The notes under the pieces were generated by a model. It saw only the letters and a list, made by a program, of their open reading frames with translations. It ran no database searches and was not told the DNA's origin. Positions 21,286-31,747 of a stretch of 64,000 nucleotides of DNA are shown in pieces. Made by a program: the position numbers and the translations under genes. The DNA is from a virus (taxonomy: Duplodnaviria; Caudoviricetes): IMG/VR virus record IMGVR_UViG_3300021074_000002, positions 2,083 through 66,082 of that record. The stretch is one strand, 5' to 3'. Each line of letters opens with the position of its first letter. The stretch's first letter is position 1.

Positions 21286-23901
21286 CTATTGTTTTAATAC
21301 ATAATTAACTATCTCCATTCCAATACCATTAATCTTCTCTTGTATTTGAGTATCTGTTAAATATCCTCGTTGATTTATAACACTCTGATGCCAGAGTCCT
21401 TTATCATCTACTACATATACTCTTATCTGATAACTATCGATAGGTCCTCCAGGAAAACTAGTTGCTCCTTCTACATCATACCTTACTTTTGATTCGTAGT
21501 TAGTACCTTTTAACATAGGAAGATTACTTCCTGTAAATGCTGCATTAGTAGGATCTCCTTTTCGCATAACATTTGTACTACTTGTAGGGGATTTGGTAAT
21601 TATGCTTTTAATTTGTGTAACAGGATTTATCTCAGCATATTTTGGAAAATAGGCATTGAACTTTTCAGCAGTTAATGGTATTATCTGTTGTTCTTTTCCA
21701 TGTTGAACTATGAATTGACCAGAGCCATCATAATTTTTAACTATCCTATAGTCTAAATCTTTAATCTTAGGATCATTCTTCCACGTTGTAACTGTGGCAC
21801 CATTCCAATCTGTCATACGCTCACTATCTAATCCCCCCTCTTTAGGATTTATTGAATCAGATATTAAAGCATCTATTCTACGCATGTCATCTTTATTATT
21901 CTTATCTAATGTGCCTGACCAAGTTTGATAATCTGGAGTCTTCGTAGCCAGATAATCAGATTCTATTTGAAATTTCTGATCAACTAATTTACCAACAGTT
22001 CCACCAAAATGATTTGAAAGACTTAATGCTCTATTTAAAATTAATTTTTCTTGTGCCGTAACTGGTTGATGATCTCTGTATTTAACAAAAGCTCTTGCCA
22101 GAGATTCATATTTTGTACCAGCAAACTTTTTCATAACACTTGCTTCATCATAGGAAAATGCTGGTAAAGGAATATTTGTACCAGGAATATTTCTTTCAAA
22201 ACTTTCAAGATCTTTCCCAAGAGTATATAATTCCTCAGCAGTATATATCTCTCTACCATTACCATCTACAATACCTACTTCAGTTTTTAAAATTCTATCA
22301 ATTTGTTCATCAACTCCAGCACTTTGGTCTAAAGCTCCCTTTCGAAGTTGAGCATCACGCATCATCTCATGATCCAGATTTCTTCGTCTCTCTAAATATA
22401 TCCTTAGATCATTATCTTTTACATCAGCAGTGTTTGGATTTTTATCAAAGTTGGCTGCAATAACATCTAATTGTGCTTTAGTATACTCTTTGTTTTTACT
22501 AAGAAAATCAGCATCTTGTATTTTTCTTGCTTGTTCAGTAGCTAATATTCTATCAGTTATTGTAACAGATGTAACTGGTGCTACATCTGTACGAACTCCC
22601 CCAGGAATTGTGATAGGTTCACTTCCTCCTTTAGATAGTCTAATTTTTTCTTTCTGTTCATAGTTTTGTTGAAATTTAAACCCCTCCCATTTAAGAGCAG
22701 CATTTTTTTCAGCAATCCTAGTATTTTCCTTATTAATATCAAACTGAAACTTTTGTTTCTCCATATTCAGTTGAGCATATGGATTATTTTTTAATTCTTC
22801 TTTATATGATTGAGTAGAATTATTTTGTGCAAGATCAGTTAAATATTGTTGAGTGTATACTTTATTTTTAAAACTTTGGAAAGTGTTAGGATCTTGCAAT
22901 TGTCTTAATTGAGTTTCCATTTCTTTCTCAAGTTCACCACTACTAAGTTTAGCAGTTAGTGTGTTATATTTTGCTTGTACAGTTGCTTTGTCTGTATCAG
23001 AAAGTTTTGGAGATTTTAACATTACTCCAAGTTCTGTAATATGTGCATTTAGTTGTTTCTTCTGAAGATCATACGTTGAAGTAACTACACCCTTTAAACT
23101 ATCTGGAGTAGCATTCTTATAATGATAAGCTGCATCAATATTTAATTGAACTTCATCATCTGCTGTGAGATTTGTATAAAAAGCATTAAGAATAGTCTGA
23201 GCAGACTTACCTTTCGTTGTAATACTTTTCATAGCATCATCAATTATAGGTGCTCCTTTAGTATCATCTTTAGTAGTCTCAGTTCTATTTCCATTTTTAT
23301 CTGGAGGAAGAAAATATCTTAGTGATCCATCTGCGTTAGTTTTATATGGTTGATCGTAACTATATTCGATACTCTCCATATCTTTAGCAAGTTTGTTAAG
23401 CTTTGCTGAAATATCTGTATATGGTACATATCTACCATTAAACGTTGCTTTTAAATCAGGATTGTCTAAGAAACTAGAAACTTTACTATTCCAATCTGTC
23501 TCATTGTTAATAGAAGATTTTCCTTCTTTTCTAGCAGCTTCTAATTCTTTTTGACCTTTCCTAATTATTTGAGTAGAATATACAGCACTTTGAATAACAG
23601 GATCTTTAACAATTTGAGAAGTCATTCCTGCTACAGAATTTGTTAATTGATAGTTGGAAAAATCTCCAGCTGCTACTGTTTTAAGGTTATCACCTAACTC
23701 ATTAAGTTTAGACTGTAGATATTCTTTATGCGAATCTTTTGCAATATCAAGACCAGCAACATTATCTATCTGAGTTTGTATCTTTTGAACACCCTCATCA
23801 TAACGTCTCTGTTTCTCCATACCAACTTTAACCATAGCATCAACAGGTAACTGTTGTATGTATGGATTGAACGGAAGCATTTTATCTGTGTAGGAAGCCA
23901 T
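21286..23901 (-). CDS. Virion cargo/ejection protein (helical, coiled-coil)
   Basis: 871 aa; FNPYIQQLPVDAM...YDEGVQKIQ N-terminus resembles crAss-like cargo proteins; lies upstream of the RNAP gene. Confidence 0.6.
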   Translation of the reverse strand: MASYTDKMLPFNPYIQQLPVDAMVKVGMEKQRRYDEGVQKIQTQIDNVAGLDIAKDSHKEYLQSKLNELGDNLKTVAAGDFSNYQLTNSVAGMTSQIVKDPVIQSAVYSTQIIRKGQKELEAARKEGKSSINNETDWNSKVSSFLDNPDLKATFNGRYVPYTDISAKLNKLAKDMESIEYSYDQPYKTNADGSLRYFLPPDKNGNRTETTKDDTKGAPIIDDAMKSITTKGKSAQTILNAFYTNLTADDEVQLNIDAAYHYKNATPDSLKGVVTSTYDLQKKQLNAHITELGVMLKSPKLSDTDKATVQAKYNTLTAKLSSGELEKEMETQLRQLQDPNTFQSFKNKVYTQQYLTDLAQNNSTQSYKEELKNNPYAQLNMEKQKFQFDINKENTRIAEKNAALKWEGFKFQQNYEQKEKIRLSKGGSEPITIPGGVRTDVAPVTSVTITDRILATEQARKIQDADFLSKNKEYTKAQLDVIAANFDKNPNTADVKDNDLRIYLERRRNLDHEMMRDAQLRKGALDQSAGVDEQIDRILKTEVGIVDGNGREIYTAEELYTLGKDLESFERNIPGTNIPLPAFSYDEASVMKKFAGTKYESLARAFVKYRDHQPVTAQEKLILNRALSLSNHFGGTVGKLVDQKFQIESDYLATKTPDYQTWSGTLDKNNKDDMRRIDALISDSINPKEGGLDSERMTDWNGATVTTWKNDPKIKDLDYRIVKNYDGSGQFIVQHGKEQQIIPLTAEKFNAYFPKYAEINPVTQIKSIITKSPTSSTNVMRKGDPTNAAFTGSNLPMLKGTNYESKVRYDVEGATSFPGGPIDSYQIRVYVVDDKGLWHQSVINQRGYLTDTQIQEKINGIGMEIVNYVLKQ

Positions 23902-23914
23902 AGCGTTTAAATTT

Positions 23915-23945
23915 CAAATTTAATAGAAATTGTTAAGAGTTGCAA
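23915..23945 (-). promoter_or_regulatory. Bacteroidetes sigma-A-type promoter
   Basis: TTG-N20-TAAATTTG matches the -33/-7 (TAnnTTTG) consensus. Confidence 0.65.
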
Positions 23946-23951
23946 GAGACT

Positions 23952-23989
23952 TAATCAGTTTAAGTAATTTAATATAATCAAGTTGATTA
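23952..23989. promoter_or_regulatory. Paired palindromic operator-like sites TAATCA-N3-TGATTA
   Basis: TAATCAAGTTGATTA at 23975-23989 plus a degenerate copy at 23952-23966; the same pair occurs at 40602-40648. Confidence 0.55.
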
Positions 23990-23991
23990 GA

Positions 23992-26900
23992 TTATTTAAA
24001 CAATTTTACGATTGATCCATTTTTACTTTTTTCTTTTTTCTTTGTATACTTATCTACTTCATAACTACCATCAGGGAGTTGTTTATATGTAGCTTCGAAT
24101 CCTTGAGGAACAGCAGTATTATTTCTAGCATTTCCTGCCATATTGAATTGAGCCATAGGATTCCAGTTTTGAGCCCTTTGATCATTACCAAATCGATAGT
24201 TGTAGAGATTCTCGTAAGTCTTAAGTTCTTTATTCTTAGCTTCATTCTCCAACATCTTAGCACTAATAGATTGCAGGGCAGCCTGTATTTGAGCTTTTGT
24301 ATTACTCTTAGCCTGGGATTGCTTATCTGCCTGTTGAGAGAATATTCCAAGATTGGTCATTTGAGCCTGATCCATCAATTGTCTATTCTGAGCATATGTT
24401 TTATTCTGCATCTCCTGGTTTGCTCTAAATTGATCACCTAACACCCCTTGATTAGCCTGATACTGTTGAGCAGCAAGATTGGCCTGAGCTGCTGGGTTAT
24501 ATCCCATAGTTCTTTGGGCAGCTCTAAAATCAGCTTGATTCTTATTTAGAACATCCTGCATAGATATATCATAAGGAGTAGTTAATTGAGGATTGAATCC
24601 TTGTGCATAAACTGGTTCCTGTTGATTATTAGAAAGAGCATACATTTCTCCCATCAATTGTCTTGGATCTAACTCTTCATCATCACTTGGTCTGAGATAA
24701 GGTAAAACCTCACCCATTAATTGCTGCCAAGGAAATTCTTTACGAGTTTGTTTATAAGGTAAATATTCAGGATTCATACCAGAAACATCAAAATCATATT
24801 GAGGAAGATTAATGTCTTCTCCTAATGGATTAATTACTCCTGCTAATGGATCAATTACTGGTAATGGATCAGCTTTTTTTATAGTTGTAGCTTTTTTACC
24901 ACTAGGTTTAATTGATTGCTTTTTTTGAGCAGCAGCTATTTCAGCATCTGTCATTTTTTCAGCATCTGTTAATCCTGGTATTCTTGAATTGGTACTTTGA
25001 TCCCAAGGTAAATATATAGGGGTAGTTGCCCAAATAGGTTTCCATGCAACTGAGTCACCACCTTGAGCAATTTCTCCACCATATTCAAATCCTTTTCTCT
25101 CTTGATTAAATGTATCTTGCATACGATTATATAAAGGATTACCCTTATTAGTAGAAGGAACAGAAGAAGGTTTAATTGAATCATTATATGTTGGAAGAAC
25201 TGCACCAGGAATTGTATATTTACTAGGATCTTTACTTAAAGGTTTTGATTGTTCATTTTTCTTATTATAATGTGATCCTATGCCAATGACAGATGCAACA
25301 CCTGCACCTTTTAATATACCTTTTGTTATTGGACTCATTGAAGAACGATTTTTTACTGTTGAAGATTTTCCCTCTAAATTTACTCCTGGAGTAAGTCCTT
25401 TGGCTTTTACTTCTGCTGCTCTTGCTTCTGCTGCTAATTTCTCTGCTGCTGCTATAGCTTTTTTACTTTTTTTACCTACTCTAATTGCTTCTGCTGCTAG
25501 TTTTGCTTCTGCTGTTAATTTCTTTGCTGCTTCCATAGCTTCTGTTACTTCTGTTGCTACTGCAGTTGCTGCTTTACCTCCTTTAACTACTGCTAATGCT
25601 GGTGCTGGAGCAACGCCAGTATACATAGGACGTTCTGCATATACAGAACCTGGTCTCGCAGTTCTATCTACAGGAGCATTATTTAAATCGCTTAAGAATT
25701 GTCCTATTGAACTAATTGCATTTCTAGTATTTTCAGAAGTATTGTTTTGATAAAATTCACCAAGTTTATTACCAATTGGATTAAATATATTTTCATCAGT
25801 CCAATCTCCAATTCTTCCAGGAATATCCCAAGATGCTCTATCACCATTTTGTGCAATAGTAATTCCTTTCTTAGCATATTTAATCTGACCTCTTGCAAGA
25901 GCATCAGCTTCATATCCATTCTCTTTAGCTGTATCATTAATGGCCTGTTGAAGATCTGCAGCTTTTTGTTTCTTTCCTGCAATATCTTTTAATGTCATGT
26001 TAGCACCTAATATATTTGCTTGTTGAGATGCCATTGTAAGTTTTTCGAAAGATGATCTTGGATCAAAATCCTCTAGATAAGACGATGCTTTGTCAATAGT
26101 CTTATTTTGCTTGGCTTCTGTCTTGGACAAATCTGTCACATAACTTTTAAACTTCATACCTTTAGCTTTATCATCTCCAAGTATAGACACATATTCATTT
26201 GGTATCTTCAAATTACCAAATACTACAAGACTAGAATCTGGGGATCCACCATCTTGTAACTTCATAGCAGGCTCACCTCTTTCTACTTCTACAGGATTAT
26301 CACCATAAGTTACACCAATTCCTGTATTACCTCTTCCATCAGACTCATCATGAGAGTTTCCTCTAAACATGACTGTCTCTCCTCCTTCAGGTAGATAAGG
26401 ATTTTGTGACATAGTTTCTGCATGTCCTCCCCAGTGAGTTTTAAGATCACCACCCATAGCATAAGTCTGCATAGCTTCTTCTGAAGGAGGAGTATATCTT
26501 TGTAAATGTCCACCAGCTCTCAATGTATCCATTGTAGGATCTGGTCTCATCAGAGATCTCATTGAATGTTCACCAAAATTGGTAATCACTTGTGGAAGCC
26601 AATCATGAGATACCCATCCACCATCTTCCATAAATGATGAATTCTGTTGTTGAATCCCTTTACCCATTCCTTGCATACCCATCATCCCTACATTTTGATC
26701 AGTAACTTTATTAGCTTTTTTAATCTTTCCTGCAGGACCCCACAATTGATCAATACCTCCACCAATTGCACTAAGTACTGGAGCAGCTAATGCTCCTGCA
26801 ATAGGACCTATTCCAGGAATCATTTTTGCTGCATCTCCTAGACCTTTTCCCATTTGTGAACCAGCATTATTACCAAAAGCCATACCAGCTGCCTGACTAA

Positions 26901-27666
26901 GATCAGCACTTCCAGCACCTTTTAAATAACTCATAAATCCAGCCTGTGCTTTAGGTATACCTCCTCCATAATAGTAGTTTTTAATTTGACTATCATTGAG
27001 TGGTTCAAAACCCCCATCTGAGTATATATCATTAGGATAATATGTGTTTTGAATCTCTGTAGGATTTCCTCCTACTCTATTTAACAATGCACCATCTTTA
27101 GCAAGAGGATTTGTTCCTGCTCCATAGATAGGAAAAAACTCTTCACCTGTATTTACAGGCATCATGGCTTTTCTTTTTTTAGTCATGTTGTCTGCCATTT
27201 GACGATTGATGTCAATGTCTTTTGTTCTGGAAGCATCTAATTGAACATTACTAACAGCAAGACTTTGTTCTGCTCTATCCTTTTCATCTTGTTCTTCTTT
27301 GAATGCCATAACTCCTTTTACTATTCCTGAGGCAGGTCCAGCTAACATACTAAGATCAGGTCCTCCTTTAGATGTAGGAGAAGTCGAAGAAGCAAGTTGC
27401 TGGTTTTGAAGAGCTGATACAGATATAGGAGAAAATCCTTTACCTTGCATCATTTGTAGATTATCTTGTCTAGTAAGATCACCACCAATGTTACGTGCTT
27501 GTCCAGATACATCCTGCAAAGCTCCACTCATTATGTTTAAACCTTGTTGAGCTTTTTTGAACTCTTTACCATGAACTTTCATAAATGCTTCTTCTGAAGG
27601 ATATTTCTTGTAGAAGTCATTGATATCTTTAGCTTTAGATATCTTAAGAATCATATCTTTAGTCAT
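23992..27666 (-). CDS. Virion cargo protein (crAss cargo-1-like) with repeated xxGG/AQxG motifs
   Basis: 1224 aa; GNSHDES...VEVERGEP motif, Gly/Ala hydrophobic helices, Q/N-rich C-terminus. Confidence 0.65.
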   Translation of the reverse strand: MTKDMILKISKAKDINDFYKKYPSEEAFMKVHGKEFKKAQQGLNIMSGALQDVSGQARNIGGDLTRQDNLQMMQGKGFSPISVSALQNQQLASSTSPTSKGGPDLSMLAGPASGIVKGVMAFKEEQDEKDRAEQSLAVSNVQLDASRTKDIDINRQMADNMTKKRKAMMPVNTGEEFFPIYGAGTNPLAKDGALLNRVGGNPTEIQNTYYPNDIYSDGGFEPLNDSQIKNYYYGGGIPKAQAGFMSYLKGAGSADLSQAAGMAFGNNAGSQMGKGLGDAAKMIPGIGPIAGALAAPVLSAIGGGIDQLWGPAGKIKKANKVTDQNVGMMGMQGMGKGIQQQNSSFMEDGGWVSHDWLPQVITNFGEHSMRSLMRPDPTMDTLRAGGHLQRYTPPSEEAMQTYAMGGDLKTHWGGHAETMSQNPYLPEGGETVMFRGNSHDESDGRGNTGIGVTYGDNPVEVERGEPAMKLQDGGSPDSSLVVFGNLKIPNEYVSILGDDKAKGMKFKSYVTDLSKTEAKQNKTIDKASSYLEDFDPRSSFEKLTMASQQANILGANMTLKDIAGKKQKAADLQQAINDTAKENGYEADALARGQIKYAKKGITIAQNGDRASWDIPGRIGDWTDENIFNPIGNKLGEFYQNNTSENTRNAISSIGQFLSDLNNAPVDRTARPGSVYAERPMYTGVAPAPALAVVKGGKAATAVATEVTEAMEAAKKLTAEAKLAAEAIRVGKKSKKAIAAAEKLAAEARAAEVKAKGLTPGVNLEGKSSTVKNRSSMSPITKGILKGAGVASVIGIGSHYNKKNEQSKPLSKDPSKYTIPGAVLPTYNDSIKPSSVPSTNKGNPLYNRMQDTFNQERKGFEYGGEIAQGGDSVAWKPIWATTPIYLPWDQSTNSRIPGLTDAEKMTDAEIAAAQKKQSIKPSGKKATTIKKADPLPVIDPLAGVINPLGEDINLPQYDFDVSGMNPEYLPYKQTRKEFPWQQLMGEVLPYLRPSDDEELDPRQLMGEMYALSNNQQEPVYAQGFNPQLTTPYDISMQDVLNKNQADFRAAQRTMGYNPAAQANLAAQQYQANQGVLGDQFRANQEMQNKTYAQNRQLMDQAQMTNLGIFSQQADKQSQAKSNTKAQIQAALQSISAKMLENEAKNKELKTYENLYNYRFGNDQRAQNWNPMAQFNMAGNARNNTAVPQGFEATYKQLPDGSYEVDKYTKKKEKSKNGSIVKLFK

Positions 27667-28300
27667 TGTGTTTTAGTATTAAATTACAAAAATGTTTTAG
27701 TTCAGACATTGATAGATTACTTTTCATAATATTGATTATAACACAAAGTAACTGTACATTATCTTTTGTATATCCTAAAGAAGGATTAATTTTATCGACA
27801 CTTATATTAGTTTGTATTCTTCCTTTAGATCTAATGTATGTCATTTTTTCTTTTGAAATTGCACATTCTCCATTTTGATTATTGAACATATCTATTAAAA
27901 ATTCCACAGTTAGCTCAAATTTTAAATTTTTAGTTCGAGATCTTGATTTGATTCCATTTAATATATCTTTTATATAAAGTTGTAAATTTTCACTATCACT
28001 ATATCTATTATATCTAAGAGGGTCTTTCATTACACACTTCTTACATCTATGTTGAAATCCTGTACTAGAATCATTTCTTTTATGGAAATTTTCAATAGTT
28101 AAAGGAAGTGTAATGTTACATGTAGAACATGTCCAAAGATTATCATTTAAATATTTTTGTTCTTTTAAAACGTTTATATTTCTTATTTTAGCAGCACATA
28201 TTTTACATTTATTAAAATAACCATCTTTAATACTTGGATTCTTCCAAAAACTATCAATTGATAAATTTTTCTTACAAAGTTTACAAGTTTTAAAATTCAT
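27659..28300 (-). CDS. His-Me finger (HNH-like) homing endonuclease with Zn-ribbon repeats
   Basis: CxxC repeats; CAIS...ISVDKINPSLGYTKDNVQLLCVIINIMKS. Confidence 0.75.
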   Translation of the reverse strand: MNFKTCKLCKKNLSIDSFWKNPSIKDGYFNKCKICAAKIRNINVLKEQKYLNDNLWTCSTCNITLPLTIENFHKRNDSSTGFQHRCKKCVMKDPLRYNRYSDSENLQLYIKDILNGIKSRSRTKNLKFELTVEFLIDMFNNQNGECAISKEKMTYIRSKGRIQTNISVDKINPSLGYTKDNVQLLCVIINIMKSNLSMSELKHFCNLILKHND

Positions 28301-28301
28301 G

Positions 28302-31070
28302 TTATTTATATTTTTCTAGCCATTTAGAAGATTGACCAAAGTTATTAAAATTAGTAAGTTGATCCAATTTTTGTAATTGATTTCCATTTTTTGACACAGG
28401 GAATTCTTGTACCTTTTTACCCTTAAATTTATAGTCTTTTCCTGGAAGCATCATTTTCTTGTCTCCAGTATCAGATACTCCTAGAAGAGGTTGATTAACC
28501 CCTTTCATGGTAATATATGGGCTATCTATCTCTACAGGATTTCCCCAATTATCAGGATTCCAATAGCCATTATTATCTTGAACTATTCCTCCTAATTGCA
28601 TACTTCTAGGCAACCAATCTAGTCCCTCTTGATAGAATGACATTTCTTGTCCATTCTGTGCTATAGGAATTTCTCCACCATTCTCTTGTTTAGGAATTTC
28701 TTTATATCCTTGTAACCAATTTTGTTTATAAAAAGTATAATTTGGGTTTAACATATCTAAAGATTCGTTAGGGGTAGCAATCATTAAATCTTTATCGTTT
28801 GCTGTACTTCCTACACCTTTCATTTTTGCTTTTGACTCCACCATATATGGACCCCCATATCCTTTAGATACATATTTTTCTCCTGTTTGAGGGTTTCTTC
28901 CCCCACTACCAGGTGTAGAATAATCACCATCTAATATTCTACCTTTACCAAAATAAGGTTCTGGATAAGCATGTGGTTTTTTAGATTTAATTACACCACT
29001 TTGCAATGCATCATCATATCCTTTTTCTCCAAGCATTCTATAATATGCTTCAGGATTTGCTTTAAACGCTAAAGGATTTATTTTATAAGTATTCTTTAAA
29101 GCTGTCTCTTCTGTAAGATATTTCCCTATTTTTTTTGCTCCTTGTTTAATTGCCTGTTTTCCTACTGTACCAGCAATTCCTGCAAGAGGAAGAGCAATAT
29201 CTGTTATAGGATCAATATCAGAATAATCAACTCTTCCAGAACTCTTCTTAGCAATTCTATTACGTTCCATGTTCTCAAATTGGAATTTACCTTCTGGAGA
29301 GTTTCTGAATTCTTCAAAATTCTGTAGAATTTGTGGTTGAATTTGTTCCCCACCTTGAGCAGAAGGCATTGTCTTCTTTGCATGTTTTCCTTCAGATGGT
29401 GTTGATCCTGTACGTGCGTATGTGAATCCTACAGATCCTGGCATACTACCACCCATCTGCATTGTAGATTTACCAGTATTTATATAGTTTTCTAGTTTAC
29501 CAAATGATTCTTTTATTTTAGGATCTTGTAGATATGTTTTTCTTGCATCTGGCCAGTAACGTGATTTTTCAAATTCTTCAGGGGTACCTTTAAATAGTAA
29601 TCCTCTTATCTGACCATCAACCCAGTTACTCCATGCTTGATCTTTTCCATCTTTACTTCCAGCATCTCCTGCACCAGTTTTATAATCATGTTCAAATTCA
29701 TTATTGAAATCACTATTTTTATATGCATTTGCTACATTTTCTCGTAATTTAGAATAAGTAGAATCAGAATTTTTCATTCCATGAAGCATATCTAACATGA
29801 TACTCTGTTCATTATTATCTTTTGGATTATATATAATACCATGAGTACCTAGTTTAGGATGTCCTACAGTATAATTATCATATCTAATTGAATCTTGTTC
29901 TGGAGAAAAGTATTCAATATCTCCTACACCAGTTTTTTCTCTTGTAAATGTAGTATCTGGTTTTATTGTAACATCTCCTAAATTCTTTAATGCAGGATAT
30001 TTATTAAAGATAGATTCTTTAATACTATCTTGAGGCATACTACCACCATTTTCAAACTGGCCCCCCCATGCAGGAGACCAATTCCTACCCTTTGTATTGT
30101 ATCCTTGTCCTACAAAATCCTTAGGAATAGACACAGAGGAGTTATTGAAGTTTGGTTGATGCTCATGCATCTTACCACCAGAATTAAGTTTACTTAATTC
30201 TTTTCTTTTTGAATCTATTGCTAATTTTATTTTATCTATTGGTATATTCCCTTGAAAATAATCATTAAGAATTGGAGCAACAGCTTTGTGTGTGTCATAC
30301 TCCATTTGTCCAGGGATGTTATATGTTTCCTGTTGTCCTTTGGCTGTAAAATATGGATGTTTAATCCAACTAGATATCCCAGAAATAATCTCAGAACCTT
30401 CTTGTTTATTTCTATAAGCATGGCTATACTCACTTATATCTGGAGGAATCTTATTTAACCCAGCCCCCCTTTTACTATCTTGTTCATGTAAACCTATTTC
30501 ATTAAGCATTGGGTTAAAATATTCTCTATTAGATACACCTTGTGTTCTAAATTTTTTTCCATAGGAAGAGTTCTGTATTTCTTTAAACTTCTGATCCCTT
30601 AACTTACGTATTTCAATAGGGGTAAGCCCTCTCTCTGCACCAATCTTTTTTGAAGATTTATCTGCCATTGCTATTGGGGATTCATGAACCCATTCTTTAT
30701 CTATATTTTCATAATTTGGGTTACCTCCTAACTGATTTAAGTTTATTAATTTTAATAACTTAGTAGAGTCAGTTATGTTAGTTTTATTAGCAGTAACTCT
30801 TTTAACCATTTCAGATTTGGTGTAATCAGAAACATCTAAATCGTCAAGTGTTTGTTTTATTGATTGTTTTTTAGGATTTAAACCAGCATCGTGCATTGCA
30901 AAATATTCTTGACCTTGTGGAGTTGTTGTAAGCCACTTGTTTAAATTATTTATTATTGCAGGACTTTCGTTAGTGTTTAATCCAATAGTACTATTGGCTA
31001 CCCCAATATTATTGTAACTCTCTTGAAGAATCTTTGGAGACTCTTCATAAGCATCTAACCAACCTTTCAT
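28302..31070 (-). CDS. Modular virion cargo protein with inserted domains delimited by xxGG motifs
   Basis: 922 aa; WLDAY and WLEKY at the termini; ITMKGV...LLGVSDTGDKKMMLPGKDYKF C-terminal domain; about 10 xGG/AQxG motifs. Confidence 0.6.
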   Translation of the reverse strand: MKGWLDAYEESPKILQESYNNIGVANSTIGLNTNESPAIINNLNKWLTTTPQGQEYFAMHDAGLNPKKQSIKQTLDDLDVSDYTKSEMVKRVTANKTNITDSTKLLKLINLNQLGGNPNYENIDKEWVHESPIAMADKSSKKIGAERGLTPIEIRKLRDQKFKEIQNSSYGKKFRTQGVSNREYFNPMLNEIGLHEQDSKRGAGLNKIPPDISEYSHAYRNKQEGSEIISGISSWIKHPYFTAKGQQETYNIPGQMEYDTHKAVAPILNDYFQGNIPIDKIKLAIDSKRKELSKLNSGGKMHEHQPNFNNSSVSIPKDFVGQGYNTKGRNWSPAWGGQFENGGSMPQDSIKESIFNKYPALKNLGDVTIKPDTTFTREKTGVGDIEYFSPEQDSIRYDNYTVGHPKLGTHGIIYNPKDNNEQSIMLDMLHGMKNSDSTYSKLRENVANAYKNSDFNNEFEHDYKTGAGDAGSKDGKDQAWSNWVDGQIRGLLFKGTPEEFEKSRYWPDARKTYLQDPKIKESFGKLENYINTGKSTMQMGGSMPGSVGFTYARTGSTPSEGKHAKKTMPSAQGGEQIQPQILQNFEEFRNSPEGKFQFENMERNRIAKKSSGRVDYSDIDPITDIALPLAGIAGTVGKQAIKQGAKKIGKYLTEETALKNTYKINPLAFKANPEAYYRMLGEKGYDDALQSGVIKSKKPHAYPEPYFGKGRILDGDYSTPGSGGRNPQTGEKYVSKGYGGPYMVESKAKMKGVGSTANDKDLMIATPNESLDMLNPNYTFYKQNWLQGYKEIPKQENGGEIPIAQNGQEMSFYQEGLDWLPRSMQLGGIVQDNNGYWNPDNWGNPVEIDSPYITMKGVNQPLLGVSDTGDKKMMLPGKDYKFKGKKVQEFPVSKNGNQLQKLDQLTNFNNFGQSSKWLEKYK

Positions 31071-31726
31071 TTGTATGATATTTGAGAAGTGAATGTCTTT
31101 TCAACACCCCAATTATTTAATCTATACATTAATATATTGTATGGAATATTTAAAGATTCTGACCACTGTTTCATATTTTTTATTACTCCTTTATATTCGA
31201 TTATTCGATTACTTCTTCTATTGTTACAATTTTCTTTTCTTGTTATCCATCTACAATTAGATAGTTCATAATTTCCAGCATTATCTATTCTATCTATTTC
31301 TAGCCCTGGACTGTATGTTAAATACATATCTTCAATAAAATTATTAATATCACACCATCTTTCACACAATTTGATTCCTCGTTCTCCATAATCTTTATAA
31401 TGTTTATTTTTTACATTATTACATCTGTGCAACATTGCACACCAGATATAATACAAGGGATGTTTATGTAAACCATGTGTTGTATTCTTAAGTCCTTGTT
31501 GCCCTGTTTTCCATCGCATGTAGCATCCACAAGATTTAGTATTTCTATTCTTTAAACTACATATAACTGCCTTAAACTCTTTTCCACATACACATTTAAA
31601 CAATCCCTGTCTTCTATATAAATATCTTTCTTTACTCTTACTAAAATAAATTTGAGGTTCTATGTCCTTAATAAATAAACATTCCCCAATTTTACTACCT
31701 TCTACATAAGCGATCCTTGTTTTCAT
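31067..31726 (-). CDS. HNH-type homing endonuclease
   Basis: CVCG...TKSCGC...YYIWCAMLHRC...YGERGIKLCERW...IDRIDNAGNYELSNCRWITRKENCNN. Confidence 0.85.
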   Translation of the reverse strand: MKTRIAYVEGSKIGECLFIKDIEPQIYFSKSKERYLYRRQGLFKCVCGKEFKAVICSLKNRNTKSCGCYMRWKTGQQGLKNTTHGLHKHPLYYIWCAMLHRCNNVKNKHYKDYGERGIKLCERWCDINNFIEDMYLTYSPGLEIDRIDNAGNYELSNCRWITRKENCNNRRSNRIIEYKGVIKNMKQWSESLNIPYNILMYRLNNWGVEKTFTSQISYK

Positions 31727-31747
31727 ATATTTATAAATTTAAATCTA

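Noticed and set aside
3904-30458. Numerous 60-150 aa ORFs overlapping the giant genes
   Set aside because: Fully nested in well-supported CDSs, mostly antisense, with no recognisable motifs.
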